Counted from the first letter of the stretch, positions 20,115 through 32,907 are shown. The stretch: DNA of 64,000 nt from Candidatus Latescibacterota bacterium (GCA_965207885.1 OZ242311.1:2848001-2912000), one strand, 5' to 3'. The notes: generated by a model not told the origin, from the letters alone. Numbers and translations: made by a program.

Positions 20115-23100
20115 CTAATTCTGGAGTATCCATTGGTTTCTAATTTCAGCAAATTCATCATCTGACAGGCAAATAGCTTCCCATTCTTTCAGCACATCAG
20201 GAATAGGGGCGTCCCGCCTGGTGTAATACTCAAATAATCTGTATGCCAAACCTGCTGCCGCCTCTCGAATCTCCAGTTTTTCAGAAATGTCCAACCCACC
20301 CGCATTCGTGGCTGTATCTTTAGCTATGTAATGTAACCCGATAAGTGTCAGCCTTTCGAGTTCATCGGCAAATGTCCAAGGATAATCTTTTATTAATTCA
20401 GCGATTAGGTTGAGGGCACTTGGCAGACCTATATTTTTCTGCCAGCGAACCATCTGACCTAACACACTCAAAATTTGTGAAAAATCCTTTTTACTTGTAT
20501 CCGTCTCCATATTTTCTACCATAACCCAAACAGCCCGTAGGCTATCAACAACTAACTCGTGGATATCGGAAGCCATTCCATTTTCAATCCTCTCAAGCAC
20601 ATCCTCTCTCGACTCGGGATATATGTGGAGACAGGCACTCTCCAGGCGAAGAGCATTGATCCCATAATCCCGTAGCTCACAGATCAATCGCTGTAATGTC
20701 TCTTCTCTATTATTTTCTTTGCTCAGGTTAAAATTCGGCGCAATAACAGCGGTGACGTTTACCAAGCGTTCAAATCTGTCTTTAAATTCATCTGCCGTAG
20801 AACCAAATAAGATATCACTAGGACTTATTTTTAAATATTTTTTGTCAGCGTCCCACCATTCAACAAGACGATCAAAAATTTCAAAAATATCTTTATTAGA
20901 CCATTCAATATAATTTCTTGCACGGATGATCTCTTCGCAGATCGGGATATGCCCTCTTGTAAAGGATATTTCGTTATCTTTTTGAATGGGAAATTGCGCG
21001 TCTTCGATATAATTCTTGAACAATGTGATTGGCTCAACATCCGGAGGATGAGGCAGGTAAATAAAAGCAAATTTATAAAAAATTGTTTCGGATGGAAGGC
21101 CTAATTGGTCCACTTGACTCCAGAGCGCTTCGGCAAATTCATTACTCTGTGTATTGGTCAAAATTACTAGATCATGCAACGTATTGAGTATGGATATCGC
21201 CCATTTTCTCGTATTTGGATCATCAGATGATACTTGTTCAATTAGGGCCTTTATTTTTTTTCAGAAATTATCGGTTTATTCCAATTCTGGTTTAGTTCCC
21301 TATCCAAATTGAGGAATTGAAATGGGTTAATAAATTCTCTTTCTTCAAGAGGATTAAGATTATCCAGAATAGGGAAGTCTATCAGTCTTGGAATCAAATC
21401 AAATCGTTGCTGAACTGAAAAAGCCCTCAGAAGCCGCACTGTCAAGTTACGGATTCCGCCATAGTTACTTCTGTATTCTGATTGATAGACACTAAGGAGA
21501 AAATTGAGAAGTTTTTCTTTTGCTTCGAATGAGCATTTGCAACACAGTCTGGACAAAATTTCTGGAATGACTTTTGCCAATATGACACCGAAATTATCTC
21601 CATAAAAGCGGTCCCCTGATCGGATATCAGCAATGCTTTGCTCAAGGGATTTTAGATACTGTGCAACAAGATTATCAACAGAAGCAGTCTGTATTTGTGA
21701 TAGCGACGCACGATTAAAAATATGATCAACAACCTTCTCTTCACCAATCCGTACCATACTAACCATTGCCCAGTACGGCGAATAATCCGCAATACGGGAC
21801 AATGTTCCCTCTGTGCTCTTTTTTTCTAAAGTGACTCCGGGTATTCTGAACGGGATACCAGCATCTTCACAAAAATGCAGAAAGTTATATGCCGTCAATG
21901 CTTCACTATCCCCACCACCAAAATGGTGGGTTTGTGTAACCCGTCCGATATCGAATTCTTTCTTTTTTGTTATCTGCGATCTTTTTACCGGTGGCCGTTC
22001 AAGAGAGCGTTCAAATATATTCAGTTCATTCTGCGGATCACATTTATATTGCTTAAGTGCATTCCAACGTTCAAAAATTTTATTTTGAATTTCTTGAGTC
22101 TCTGTCCAATCTCCTTCTTTTAATCCTACTGAAGTCTGTATATATTTCAGTAACAACATTACAAACGCTTCCTGTGAAACTAAAGAGTAATCCGTTGTAA
22201 TGGGCTTGAGGTTCAATTTGGACCGGATATTTGTTAGCGAATTTTCGAGAATATTCTTCGACTCTTCCACTTGCCCAATTTCGGCAAGCAACCCTGCCCT
22301 TTTTGCCTCCCAGAATGGCAAAGACTCATTAACCGGCCATTCTGAAAGTTGTTTTTTGAGTCCCGGCAAATTCAATCCAAAAAATGAATAAAGGGCGCAT
22401 TCATAATGAAAGCTTGCTTTATGCTCTGAGGATAAATTCACCATATCTTGCTGAATATTGTCACGCAATGTTTCCCACTTTTCCAAAAGTCCTTCTTCAC
22501 GATAATAGCGCATCATCGAAAGGATCAGATGATGACACATGTTCCTGATATCACTCCTATTTAGCTCCCAGGCATTCATCTCCTCTGAGGTCTCGGAAAC
22601 TTGTTCAAGCGACATCTCCATACCTGCTATAGGTAAATACCGATCCAATATTGCTTCAAAAAATGCTATTTGTTCATTCAAAATTGGACATAGACATTTC
22701 TCCATACGCCAGTTCAACTCAAAGGCAAATTCAAGATCAATAAAGTTAGGAAGGTTGTCTTGCACAGGGAGATAATTGATCCAGTGTTCGGTAAATGCCC
22801 AAAGAGAGCCTCGACGGTCTTCGGGAACAACTACCCATCCTGGATATAAAAGACGCTGTTTTTTCCAAACTGAGAGAAGCTTGGAAATCTGTGCTAACTT
22901 TACAGATTGCGGATCAGGATGCGAGAGTTCATTATCTTCTGGCTCTTCTGGCCACCCAAGCCTGTTATCTTCCGCCTTTCTTGAGAGCAAGTAATCAAGA
23001 AACTGCTCCAATGCCTTGTAGTGATTTCTACTTACATTAGGGTATTCAGATAGATCGACCAAAACAATATTACGCCGTTCAAGAAGTTTTTTCTGAGCCT

Positions 23101-23838
23101 CCGATAAGCTAAACGGACCAATAAGGTACATTTTAGGAGAATTTTGTTGTCCCAGGCTGTCGCGTATCCATCCAATCCACTGCAAAAAATTCGGATCATC
23201 GCCAGAAAATCCAATCAGACAAAGCGTATTTTCCAAGAGTGCTTGCCGAACGGTATTTACAAAAGGGGCAAAATTCTCAGGATAACACCTATAATCTTCC
23301 TCGGTAATGATAAATGGTGGATCTGATGGAAAGCTACCGTGCAGTTTAACGATCCGTGGTTTTTCCGAATTGATCAGGTCTTCCTTATTGACAACTACTT
23401 CATACCTTTTTGACGTGACTGCATTCCTTGCCCGTTCCAGTAACGTATCATAATTAGTCGTGAATATGTCCGACCAGGGTAGGGTAAGCAATTTCTTATG
23501 TAGCGATGACGGCTCATAATCATCATCTGGAATGGCATTGCGCAATATCTGATCCAGTGCGGGCCTCCCAAACGCAGCCTGCACCTCATCTGCAGTTTAA
23601 GCACATTGAGATATTTGCTTTGATTATCAGGTTTTTTGCCGTGGATTTTCTCGTAAAATATATCCCCGAGTTGGGACCAGTCAGGAAAACCAGAACCTGA
23701 AGCACTGTTTGGCGTGGCATTTTTGCTGAATCCAGCCCCGACCATAACAGCGGCATGCCCCGAAAAAAGACGCTCTGCAATCTCGTTTAAATACGGACGG
23801 AGGTTATCGGGAACAAAAGATGGTGTCGTTTTGCTCAT
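20115..23838 (-). pseudogene. Defence-associated sirtuin (Dsr-like SIR2 protein, ~1241 aa restored), split by two frameshifts
   Basis: VMVGAGFSKNA, TTNYDTLLE, KLHGS, GFSGDDPNF. Three ORF pieces (23395-23838, 21251-23584, 20115-21179) join if one base is added near 23593 and one in the A8 run at 21254-21261. Confidence 0.85.
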
Positions 23839-23926
23839 ATCTTTGTCTCTATCAATTTCTCTGCTTCGCGTTTGATAGACTCATTGTGAATAGATAGTTG
23901 TGGATTTTGTTCATTCTAAAATGTAA

Positions 23927-24049
23927 TCAAAAAATAAGGCCGAGCACAACATGCTTGTACTCGGCCGCATCCATGGCACCTCAAAATTTGTCGGTGGCCT
24001 GCCAAAATTGGTCTTCAAACTCAGAATTGACACCCGTTTGAATACGCAT
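23927..24049 (-). pseudogene. hsdM: Type I restriction-modification HsdM N-terminal relic
   Basis: RBS gaggag plus ATG at 24049. Reads MRIQTGVNSEFEDQFWQATDKF*GAMDAAEYKHVVLGLIF*, the HsdM_N signature with an internal stop. Confidence 0.8.
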
Positions 24050-24097
24050 CGCACAACTCCTCTTTCTCACAGATCGGGCAAAATAGCGCAACATCCC

Positions 24098-24481
24098 TTA
24101 TTCATCAACCAGGCCCGCATAGGCATGTGCGTCCATTAAAAACTCTGTCTCTGAAGGATCTGAAAGGCGCACTTGAATCATCCATCCCTCTCCGTAAGGC
24201 TCGTCGTTGACCAGAGCAGCATCATCTGTCAACTGGATATTGACATCAACCACCTCACCCGAAACCGGTGCAATGAGATCGGACACCGTCTTGACCGCCT
24301 CAATTATGCCATAGGATTCCCCCTGAGCAACAAAATCGCCAATCTCTGGCAATTCTAAAAATACAATATCGCCCAGTTCCCCCTGCGCGTAATCCGTAAT
24401 CCCGCATGTGCCGGTATCACCCTCAATCCGAACCCAGTCGTGATCGCTATTAAAAAGTAAATCCTCTGGAATATCCGACAT
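24098..24481 (-). CDS. gcvH: Glycine cleavage system H protein
   Basis: GITDYAQGELGDIVF, IEAVKTVSD (lipoyl Lys), PYGEGWM. Confidence 0.97.
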   Translation of the reverse strand: MSDIPEDLLFNSDHDWVRIEGDTGTCGITDYAQGELGDIVFLELPEIGDFVAQGESYGIIEAVKTVSDLIAPVSGEVVDVNIQLTDDAALVNDEPYGEGWMIQVRLSDPSETEFLMDAHAYAGLVDE

Positions 24482-24520
24482 TTTCTGCTCCTTTATACCC
24501 TTGTCTATAAGAAATGGGCT

Positions 24521-25864
24521 TCACCCTCCATAGCCCAACTTGTTCACAAATTCTGTTGTTGCTCGTCCCGTTCTAAAATCCTCGTGTTGCAAGGCATGGA
24601 GGTGAAAGGGAATGGTCGTTGGTACCCCTTCGATCACAAACTCTTCAAGCGCGCGTACTGCCCGTGCAATTGCCTCGTCGCGCGTGTCGCCATATCCGAT
24701 GAGCTTGGCCAAAAGGGAATCGTACTGCGGGGGAACCGTATATCCCGTATATATGTGTGAATCAATGCGAATGCCCGGACCACCCGGCATGTGAAGGGAC
24801 GTAATTGTGCCGGGCGAGGGCCTGAAATTGTGCTCGGGATCTTCGGCATTGATCCGACACTCAATAGCATGCCCTTTGAAATCAAATAGGTCTTGAGATT
24901 GTGGAAGGGATGTACCGGCTGCGATGAGAATCTGCCATTTGACCAGATCGAGTCTTGCCACCATCTCTGTAACCGGGTGCTCGACCTGAATGCGCGTGTT
25001 CATTTCTAAAAAATAAAAATCACCAGAAGCATCGAGCAAAAACTCAACCGTGCCAGCACTGGCATATCCAACCGCGAGCGCACCTTTAATAGCAGCCTCT
25101 CCCATGCGCTGGCGCATGGCGTCATCAACTACGGGTGAAGGTGACTCCTCTATGAGCTTTTGATGCCGACGCTGGACCGAACACTCCCGTTCCCCCAAAT
25201 GCACAATACGCCCTGTCAAATCTCCCAACACTTGAATCTCCACATGCCGGGGCTGCACAATCTCTTTTTCTAAATAAAGCGCACCAGATGTAAACGCCGC
25301 CTGTGCCTCGGCCTGTGCCATTTGCCACGCGCGTTCCAACTCGCGCTCTGAAAAAACAGTGCGCATTCCCCGTCCACCTCCGCCTGCTACCGCCTTGAGG
25401 CGCACGGGGTATCCAATGCTACGCGCAGCTTGTTGGGCCGCCTCATAGCTCTCCAAAACCCCCGTACCCGGCGCAACGGGCACACCGGCCCCTTGCATGG
25501 TCTCTCGTGCGATGGCCTTATCGCCCATTTTGCGTATCGCTTCGGCAGATGGACCAATAAAAACAATGCCGCAAGTGCCGCAAATTTCGGCAAACTCGGC
25601 ATTCTCGGCCAGCGGACCATATCCCGGATGAATCGCATCGGCATTGGTCACTTCGGCAGCACTTAAAATGCGCGGAATATTTCGATAACTTTGCTCGCCA
25701 GAGGGTGGGCCAATACAAACATCTTCGTCGGCCATACCAACGTGCAGTGAATTGCTGTCCGCTTCAGAGTAAACGGCTACAGTTTGCAGCCCCAACTCTT
25801 TACAGGCTCGGATAATACGCAGCGCAATCTCGCCGCGGTCGGCAATGAGAACTTTCTCAAACAA
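24521..25864 (-). CDS. accC: Acetyl-CoA carboxylase biotin carboxylase
   Basis: [40 protein letters not shown]. Confidence 0.97.
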   Translation of the reverse strand: MFEKVLIADRGEIALRIIRACKELGLQTVAVYSEADSNSLHVGMADEDVCIGPPSGEQSYRNIPRILSAAEVTNADAIHPGYGPLAENAEFAEICGTCGIVFIGPSAEAIRKMGDKAIARETMQGAGVPVAPGTGVLESYEAAQQAARSIGYPVRLKAVAGGGGRGMRTVFSERELERAWQMAQAEAQAAFTSGALYLEKEIVQPRHVEIQVLGDLTGRIVHLGERECSVQRRHQKLIEESPSPVVDDAMRQRMGEAAIKGALAVGYASAGTVEFLLDASGDFYFLEMNTRIQVEHPVTEMVARLDLVKWQILIAAGTSLPQSQDLFDFKGHAIECRINAEDPEHNFRPSPGTITSLHMPGGPGIRIDSHIYTGYTVPPQYDSLLAKLIGYGDTRDEAIARAVRALEEFVIEGVPTTIPFHLHALQHEDFRTGRATTEFVNKLGYGG

Positions 25865-25957
25865 GGGTATGATCTCAAAAAAGGAAAGGTCAATAGGGCC
25901 TGCTCATTCGCAAGGGGGAGGGCAAACGACAACAAGCGAATAGGCATCCCCGAGGGG

Positions 25958-26443
25958 CTACTTTTGTGGATCAATTAAAAACAAGGGGGTATTGTATTCG
26001 ACGGGCGCGGCATTTTCAACCAGTACGCGCACCACCCGACCATTCACATCACACTCGATTTCATTCATAATTTTCATGGCTTCAATAATACACAGGGTCT
26101 GCCCTCTCGCCACCTCATCGCCTTCTGTTGCATAAGGCGGTGCTTCGGGGTTTGGCGATTGGTAAAACATACCCACCATAGGCGAGCGCAAAGTGTGATA
26201 GCGGCCATCGTCTTCACTTACAGCATCTTCAACCTGAGTCTCAGGTGCATCGACAGGTGCAGATGCTGACGCCGGTGGCGCAGATAGTGTTTGCACAATA
26301 GGGGCTTGCTGGCTGGCGCGCACAATGCGAATGCGCCCGCGTCCAAAGAGCTTGCGTTCAACCTCAACTTCCTGCACATCATCGGCGCCAATCAGATCGA
26401 TGAGTTCTTTTGCACTCGCTATTACCTGCTTGGAAATTTTCAC
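25958..26443 (-). CDS. accB: Biotin carboxyl carrier protein
   Basis: SPMVG, EAMKIMNEI. Confidence 0.96.
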   Translation of the reverse strand: MKISKQVIASAKELIDLIGADDVQEVEVERKLFGRGRIRIVRASQQAPIVQTLSAPPASASAPVDAPETQVEDAVSEDDGRYHTLRSPMVGMFYQSPNPEAPPYATEGDEVARGQTLCIIEAMKIMNEIECDVNGRVVRVLVENAAPVEYNTPLFLIDPQK

Positions 26444-26452
26444 AATGATCTC

Positions 26453-27010
26453 CTAAACCCGTTCGACATAAGATTGGGTGCGCGTATCAATCTTCAACAC
26501 ATCGCCAATCTCGACAAATAGCGGAACCTGTACTGTTGCCCCGGTTACCACACGCGCGGGCTTTGTCCCGCCAGTGGCTGTATCGCCGCGCAAACCGGGA
26601 TCGGTTTGATCGACTTTTAATTCTACAAAAATGGGCAGTTCCACACCCAGGGCATTTCCCTCGGCAATCAGTACATCGACAATCTCATTTTCCTGCAACA
26701 GCTTTTGTGCATCGCCCACAATCTCCGTAGGCACTTCGTATTGGTCGTAGGTGCGGGTATCCATAAAAATGTAAAATGTGTCTTGTTTATATAAGTATTG
26801 GCTCTTGCGTTTTTCCAGACGAACATCATCTACTTTGTCGCCCGACCGGAATGTGCGGTCAATCACAGCGCCCGACTTCACACTCTTGAGCTTGGTGCGC
26901 ACGACCGCAGCACCTTTGCCGGGTTTAAAATGCTCAAACTCAGTCATAAAAAAAAGCTGTCCATCCAGGCGAATAACCATACCATTGCGAAAGTCAGAAG
27001 TAGAAACCAT
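26453..27010 (-). CDS. efp: Elongation factor P
   Basis: KPGKGAA loop, PGLRGDTATGGTKPA. Start placed at MVSTSDF. Confidence 0.97.
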   Translation of the reverse strand: MVSTSDFRNGMVIRLDGQLFFMTEFEHFKPGKGAAVVRTKLKSVKSGAVIDRTFRSGDKVDDVRLEKRKSQYLYKQDTFYIFMDTRTYDQYEVPTEIVGDAQKLLQENEIVDVLIAEGNALGVELPIFVELKVDQTDPGLRGDTATGGTKPARVVTGATVQVPLFVEIGDVLKIDTRTQSYVERV

Positions 27011-27014
27011 AAAA

Positions 27015-27752
27015 TTATCCTTGCTTTGACGCGCTAAAGCCAATAAGTGGGGGACGCGACATAAAAGCATCCCAAAATGGATTGTGCTGCTGAGACGGGT
27101 GTATAAAGGGACCGACCCATTGAAAATCGGAAAAACCAGCTTTCTGAAAAGCCCATTGATACGTTTCTGGTTTGAGAAAATAATTCTTAAACTCAAACTG
27201 CGTGCCATCTTCATTGATCATTTGATACAAAATGACATCGCCCTCTTCAGGAGCAGGGGTACACACTTTGTCAAATCCGTATTGGACGAAGGAAATAGTT
27301 CCCCTGGGAACATGCTGGACATTGTCATTAAATCCGACAAACCGCCCCCCCAGTCGCAGTCTATTATAAGCCACTTGGACAAAATTGAGAAGTTCCTCTT
27401 TTGTCCTGGCATAATTTAAAAGATACATCGCCACCACGACATCGACAGATTCAGCCATATCGAGCCGTGCCACATCTCGATTCAGGTACTTGCATCCCAA
27501 AGGACGGATGCGTTCTTCTTCTTCTGCCAAGTTGATCATTTCTGCGGAAAGATCGACGCCTGTGACTTCTGCCGCCCCGGCTTGCACAATCTTGCGTGTG
27601 TAAAACCCCTCACCGCAAGCCAGGTCTAAGACCGTTGCTCCTCGGATATCTCCCAATATCTCAAAAAAAGTATATTCTTCAATATATTTTCGAAATGAAA
27701 GTTGCTTGGAATCCCTATAGGCTTCCGCAATTCCATCATACTCCTGATTCAT
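27015..27752 (-). CDS. Class I SAM-dependent methyltransferase
   Basis: VLDLACGEG, GVDLSAEMI. Start placed at MNQEY. Confidence 0.88.
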   Translation of the reverse strand: MNQEYDGIAEAYRDSKQLSFRKYIEEYTFFEILGDIRGATVLDLACGEGFYTRKIVQAGAAEVTGVDLSAEMINLAEEEERIRPLGCKYLNRDVARLDMAESVDVVVAMYLLNYARTKEELLNFVQVAYNRLRLGGRFVGFNDNVQHVPRGTISFVQYGFDKVCTPAPEEGDVILYQMINEDGTQFEFKNYFLKPETYQWAFQKAGFSDFQWVGPFIHPSQQHNPFWDAFMSRPPLIGFSASKQG

Positions 27753-28548
27753 GCTCCGATTCCTCTGATAAATTCCGCAACTCATCCAGGCGGGCAATAA
27801 TATGCTCATTATCGGGTTCGCGTGCAATCACCTGTTCCAAAACCGCGATGGCCTCCCGAATAAGGCCCTGGCTCGCGTACAGCTCAGCCAGCGTTTTCGT
27901 TGCAATAACAGGGGCCTCCCCCCCGGATTTTGGCTCGCGTTTAAGCGACGTAACCAGCGTATCTAAATCATCCTCAATATCTTCCTCTAAGAGGGTCTGA
28001 GCAAATACTTCGTTCTCAGATACGACTTCCTGATCTCCAGAATCGGTATTCGCGTCTGCAGGCTCAGGACCGTTGTCTTGCTCCTCTTCAAGCTCCTCGC
28101 CCTTGAGTTTGCGAATCTGCTCTATAAGTTCGGGACTAAATGGATCGCGTGCATGAGCCTGTTCAAAATATTTGAGCGCGAGGTCACCACGGCCCAATTG
28201 CAAAGCGATTTTGCCCATATACCAATGTGCGGCAAGATGACCGGCATCTAATTGCAATACTTTTTGAAACGCCAGACGCGCTTCTTCATAATGCCCGGCA
28301 GCCTGATAGCACTTGCCCATCACCACATGGCCCGCCGTATAAGACGGGCGATAGCGCAATCCGCGGCGACACACCTCAATTGCGCGTGCGACTTCTCCAC
28401 GCTGCAACAACCCATCTGCCAGACGTGCAAATAAAATGGATGTCGGATTTTGATCACAGATTTTTTGAAGTTTTTTTATTGCCAACATGGAAGTAATTTG
28501 CCCTTGAAAAAGAGCGGGCATAATAGAAAAAAGGTCCGAAATTGTCAA
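27736..28548 (-). CDS. TPR-repeat protein
   Basis: TPR helices (FARLAD.., GHVVMGKCY..), acidic linker, C-terminal TKTLAELYASQG. The start is probably downstream, near 28488. Confidence 0.8.
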   Translation of the reverse strand: MTISDLFSIMPALFQGQITSMLAIKKLQKICDQNPTSILFARLADGLLQRGEVARAIEVCRRGLRYRPSYTAGHVVMGKCYQAAGHYEEARLAFQKVLQLDAGHLAAHWYMGKIALQLGRGDLALKYFEQAHARDPFSPELIEQIRKLKGEELEEEQDNGPEPADANTDSGDQEVVSENEVFAQTLLEEDIEDDLDTLVTSLKREPKSGGEAPVIATKTLAELYASQGLIREAIAVLEQVIAREPDNEHIIARLDELRNLSEESEHESGV

Positions 28549-28808
28549 CGATAAACAGAGATTAAACCAGATATTATCCCATTTCTATCACACCGTCTGC
28601 CCGCGCAATTACACCAGATATAGATTAACGCGCGACAAAATCGTTCTCAAATGTAAAAAATCTGACCAAAAAATCCACTGCAAAATCAGCCAATAATTTC
28701 GACGAATCCCGATGTGATTTACCTTGTCTCATAAGCGTGAAATGGATATATTTCCAATTCGCCAAAAGAAGCAAATTTATTCATAACATCGCTGTTTAAC
28801 AATCTGTT

Positions 28809-29351
28809 ATGCTTACAAGGAGCGTCTTGATGGAGCTATTGCGCCTGTTTGTTTCATTCACCAAAGTCGGCATCTTTGCCTATGGCGGCGGCCCTTCGAT
28901 GATTCCACTCATTCAAGAAGAAGTCGTCGATCGCAATGCCTGGATGACCATAGAAGAATTTACAGACGCCCTTGCGATGGGCTATGCACTTCCCGGTCCC
29001 ATTGCCACCAAAATGGCTGCATATATAGGATACCAGGTCGCCGACACACCTGGCCTTTTGGTCGCGCTCTTTGGCACGGTATTCCCCTCATTGCTCATGA
29101 TGATGGTCCTCGGTCTGTTTTTCATGAACTACAAGGATACGCCGCTCGTACAGGCCATGCTCAAAGCCGTGCGCCCGGCAGTAGTCGGGCTTTTAATCGT
29201 CGTGGTCTGGGAAATGTGTCCCAAATCCGTTACATCATGGCACACTGCCCTGATTGCGGTCGCTGCTTTTGTTGCCATAAATTTTCTCAACCTGCATCCC
29301 GCTCTGGCCATTGTTGTAACCGCAGCCCTCGGCCTGGCATTTTATCGATAA
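28809..29351 (+). CDS. Short-chain chromate transporter (CHR family)
   Basis: FAYGGG, ALPGPIA, hydrophobic helices. Confidence 0.88.
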   Translation: MLTRSVLMELLRLFVSFTKVGIFAYGGGPSMIPLIQEEVVDRNAWMTIEEFTDALAMGYALPGPIATKMAAYIGYQVADTPGLLVALFGTVFPSLLMMMVLGLFFMNYKDTPLVQAMLKAVRPAVVGLLIVVVWEMCPKSVTSWHTALIAVAAFVAINFLNLHPALAIVVTAALGLAFYR

Positions 29352-29381
29352 CCCGAGAAATATAGACATTCAGGACATACT

Positions 29382-30410
29382 ATGTACACATTTTATGCTC
29401 AAAAGGCCCTCTTCGGTACCGGTTTGTCAACCGCTGAAATGCACGCTGTTCTTCAAACGCCTGACCGCGATATTCTACCGCTTTTACACGCAGCATACCA
29501 GGTGCGCCATCATTATTTTGGGCGCAAAGTACACATCCATGTGCTGATGAATGCCAAAAGTGGCTTGTGTCCTGAAGATTGTGCCTATTGCTCACAATCG
29601 GCTGTCTCAAACGCATCTATTGATAAATATCCCCTGCGACCAGCCCGCGAAATGATAGACGCAGCCCGCGAAGCCAAAGAAAACGGTGCGTATCGATACT
29701 GCATTGTCACGAGCGGACGCGCACCCACCGATAATGAAGTTGATGCCATTACAGATGTCGTGCGCCAGATCAAACGGGAAGTAGATATCGACATTTGTTG
29801 TTGTTTGGGCTTGCTAACCGGCGAAAAAGCACAGCGCTTAAAAAACGCTGGCGTCGATCGCGTAAACCACAACCTCAACACCAGCAAAGCGCACACGCCG
29901 CATATTGTATCTACACATACCTACGAAGACCGCCTGAAAACCCTCTGCAACATCCAAAAAGCGGGCCTGGATACATGCAGCGGCGGCATTATCGGCATGG
30001 GAGAAACCCACGATGATATAATTGATATGGCCGTGTCTTTGCGCGACCTCAGCGTCAACTCCATCCCCGTCAATTTCCTACACCCCATCGCGGGCACACC
30101 CCTGTCAAATCGAGATTCCTTGACCCCACATGATTGTCTGCGCGCATTGTGTCTGTTCCGATTTGTCAACCCCTCAACCGAAATTCGCGTGGCGGGTGGT
30201 CGAGAAAAAAATCTTCGGTCCCTCCAGCCCCTATCACTTTATCCCGCCAATTCGCTCTTTATGGAAGGATATTTGACCACAGGTGGTCTGGATGTGGAAA
30301 ATACGCACCAGATGATTGCCGATCTGGGATTTGAAGTTGAAACGATTCAAAGCGAATCGAAAAGCGATCAGCTTCTGGCGATAGGCACACCAGTACACGC
30401 TCAACAGTAA
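29382..30410 (+). CDS. bioB: Biotin synthase
   Basis: [37 protein letters not shown]. Confidence 0.96.
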   Translation: MYTFYAQKALFGTGLSTAEMHAVLQTPDRDILPLLHAAYQVRHHYFGRKVHIHVLMNAKSGLCPEDCAYCSQSAVSNASIDKYPLRPAREMIDAAREAKENGAYRYCIVTSGRAPTDNEVDAITDVVRQIKREVDIDICCCLGLLTGEKAQRLKNAGVDRVNHNLNTSKAHTPHIVSTHTYEDRLKTLCNIQKAGLDTCSGGIIGMGETHDDIIDMAVSLRDLSVNSIPVNFLHPIAGTPLSNRDSLTPHDCLRALCLFRFVNPSTEIRVAGGREKNLRSLQPLSLYPANSLFMEGYLTTGGLDVENTHQMIADLGFEVETIQSESKSDQLLAIGTPVHAQQ

Positions 30411-30418
30411 AAACGAAT

Positions 30419-32296
30419 ATGTCGATCTACGAAAAAAAATACGATGTCGTTGTTGTTGGCGGTGGGCATGCAGGTGCAGAAGCTGCACTGGCCTCTGCGC
30501 GCATGGGATGTGAAACACTGCTGCTGACCATGAACCTCGACACCATCGCGCAGATGTCTTGCAACCCGGCCATTGGCGGCATAGCAAAAGGCCACATGGT
30601 GCGCGAAATTGACGCTCTGGGCGGTGAAATGGCGCGCAATATTGACGCCACGGGTCTGCAATTTCGCTTGCTCAATCGGCGCAGAGGACCCGCTGTGCAG
30701 GCCCCCCGGGCGCAGGCGGACAAAAAAGCATACCAGTTTCGCGTAAAAGAAGTAGTCGAAAACCAGCCATACCTCGATGTCAAACAGGGCTTGCTCGAAG
30801 ACCTCGTGGTCAAAAACAGACGCATTGAAGGCGTGGTCACCAAAGCAAAAATGGTTTTTGTCGCTAAAACTGTGATCCTGACCACGGGCACCTTCCTCAA
30901 GGGCCTCATTCATGTGGGTGATTTCTCCTACAGCGCGGGGCGCGCAGGTGAGCAAGCCGCCGACAAAGCATCCGATGGCCTCTCGCAACTCGGTTTTGAA
31001 CTCGGGCGGCTCAAAACCGGCACCCCACCGCGCGTCAATGCGCGCAGCATCGACTTTGGCGCGTGTGAAGAGCAACCCGGCGATGCAGACCCCCGGCCCT
31101 TTTCCTACCATACCGACGCCATCGAGCAAGAGCAACTCTGTTGTCATCTCACAATGACCGTGCCAAAAACGCACGATATTATTCGCAGCAATTTGGATCG
31201 CTCGGCCATGTACAGCGGACGCATCCAGGGTGTGGGGCCGCGGTACTGCCCCTCGGTAGAGGACAAAATTGTGCGCTTTCCCGACAAAGAAGGGCATCAA
31301 ATTTTTCTCGAGCCCGAAGGGTATCACACCCTCGAAATCTATCTCAATGGGCTGTCGATGAGCCTGCCCGAAGATGTGCAGGTCGAGGTTGTACGCAGTA
31401 TTCCCGGTCTCGAAGGAGCCGAGATCATGCGCCCGGCCTATGCTGTCGAATACGACTATGTCCCCCCGACGCAAATCCATCCTACCCTGGAAACCAAACC
31501 CATCGCCGGTTTGTTTTTTGCGGGACAAATCAACGGCACCACCGGATACGAAGAAGCCGCTGGTCAGGGAATTATGGCGGGCATCAACGCCGCCTTAACA
31601 GCCCGGGGCGACGATCCCATAATCCTGGATCGCTCGCAGGCTTATATCGGCGTACTAATTGACGACCTCGTTACCAAAGGCACTGAAGAACCCTATCGCA
31701 TGTTTACCTCGCTGGCCGAATATCGCCTGCTCTTGCGACAGGACAACGCGGATTTGCGCCTGTGTGAACTCGGACGCAAAATTGGACTGCTTTCCGACGA
31801 GGCGTACAACCGCTTTTGCAAGCGCAAACGACAAATCGACGAAGAAGTCGAACGGCTGCGATCAACGCGCCTCACCCCAACCGACGATGTTCAAACAGCA
31901 CTCAAAGCGTCGCATTCTTCTCCGTTGAAACGCGCGGTGACGCTCGCCGAACTTTTGCGACGACCAGAATTGTCTTACGACATAGTCACACAATTGTCAT
32001 CTGCTGCTAAAAACCTGCCTGAGGATGTATGCGAATCGGTCGAAATTGAACTCAAATACGAAGGATATCTCGACCGACAAGAAGAGCAGGTGCAGCGCTT
32101 TTACAATTTGGAAAAAAAATATATCCCCGAAAACTTTGACTATGCCGACATTGCGGCTTTGCGAAATGAAGCTATTGAAAAATTCACCCGCATCAGACCC
32201 CGATCACTGGGACAGGCCTCTCGTATTCCCGGCATTTCGCCTGCTGACATTTCTCTACTTATGATCATGTTGAAAAAACGCGGTATTCCCGTATGA
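30419..32296 (+). CDS. mnmG: tRNA uridine 5-carboxymethylaminomethyl modification enzyme MnmG/GidA
   Basis: [43 protein letters not shown]. Confidence 0.98.
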   Translation: MSIYEKKYDVVVVGGGHAGAEAALASARMGCETLLLTMNLDTIAQMSCNPAIGGIAKGHMVREIDALGGEMARNIDATGLQFRLLNRRRGPAVQAPRAQADKKAYQFRVKEVVENQPYLDVKQGLLEDLVVKNRRIEGVVTKAKMVFVAKTVILTTGTFLKGLIHVGDFSYSAGRAGEQAADKASDGLSQLGFELGRLKTGTPPRVNARSIDFGACEEQPGDADPRPFSYHTDAIEQEQLCCHLTMTVPKTHDIIRSNLDRSAMYSGRIQGVGPRYCPSVEDKIVRFPDKEGHQIFLEPEGYHTLEIYLNGLSMSLPEDVQVEVVRSIPGLEGAEIMRPAYAVEYDYVPPTQIHPTLETKPIAGLFFAGQINGTTGYEEAAGQGIMAGINAALTARGDDPIILDRSQAYIGVLIDDLVTKGTEEPYRMFTSLAEYRLLLRQDNADLRLCELGRKIGLLSDEAYNRFCKRKRQIDEEVERLRSTRLTPTDDVQTALKASHSSPLKRAVTLAELLRRPELSYDIVTQLSSAAKNLPEDVCESVEIELKYEGYLDRQEEQVQRFYNLEKKYIPENFDYADIAALRNEAIEKFTRIRPRSLGQASRIPGISPADISLLMIMLKKRGIPV

Positions 32297-32907
32297 AACT
32301 CCACTCCGAACAAATCCGCGCCATTGTATCGCTTCTATCGGACTGCTCCCCCGACATTGCGGATCGCCTGCGCCAAAAACTGTATGATCTGGGTGAAAAA
32401 GCCACACGCGAAATCCACAGTGCCTGCGCCGAAGACTCACGCGCGCACAGAGAAGTCAGCCGCGTACTCAGGCAATTTAGAGAACCGTCTCTGGACATGC
32501 GGTTTCGCAATCTCACACGCGACCAACACGGCGATATTGCCCTTGAAGAAGGCGTCTTTGCGCTGGCGCGATTTGGATATCCCGACCTCGATGAAAGTGC
32601 TTACAAAACGCGGCTGGGATACATGGCCTTTGAACTCGCGCCCAGGATTGCCCCCGACGATCATCCCATTCGCATCATTCGCACGCTCAATCATTATCTC
32701 TTTGACGAGCAAGGGTTTCACGCATCTACACACTATGATCCCGACGACACGTATTTCAATCGCGTAATCGATCGCAAGCGCGGCTGGCCTATCACTCTCT
32801 CAGCCATCTATCTCATTCTTGCACAACGCCTTGAATTACCTATCTCAGGCGTCGCTTTACCCAAGCATTACATCGTCAAATACATCCACAAAGATCAACA
32901 TATTTAT

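Noticed and set aside
23951-24139. Plus-strand ORF MLVLGRIHG..
   Set aside because: Antisense shadow of the hsdM relic and the end of gcvH.
28790-28820. tgtttaac..gcttaca as a BirA operator upstream of the bioB operon
   Set aside because: Spacing and symmetry do not fit the BirA consensus.
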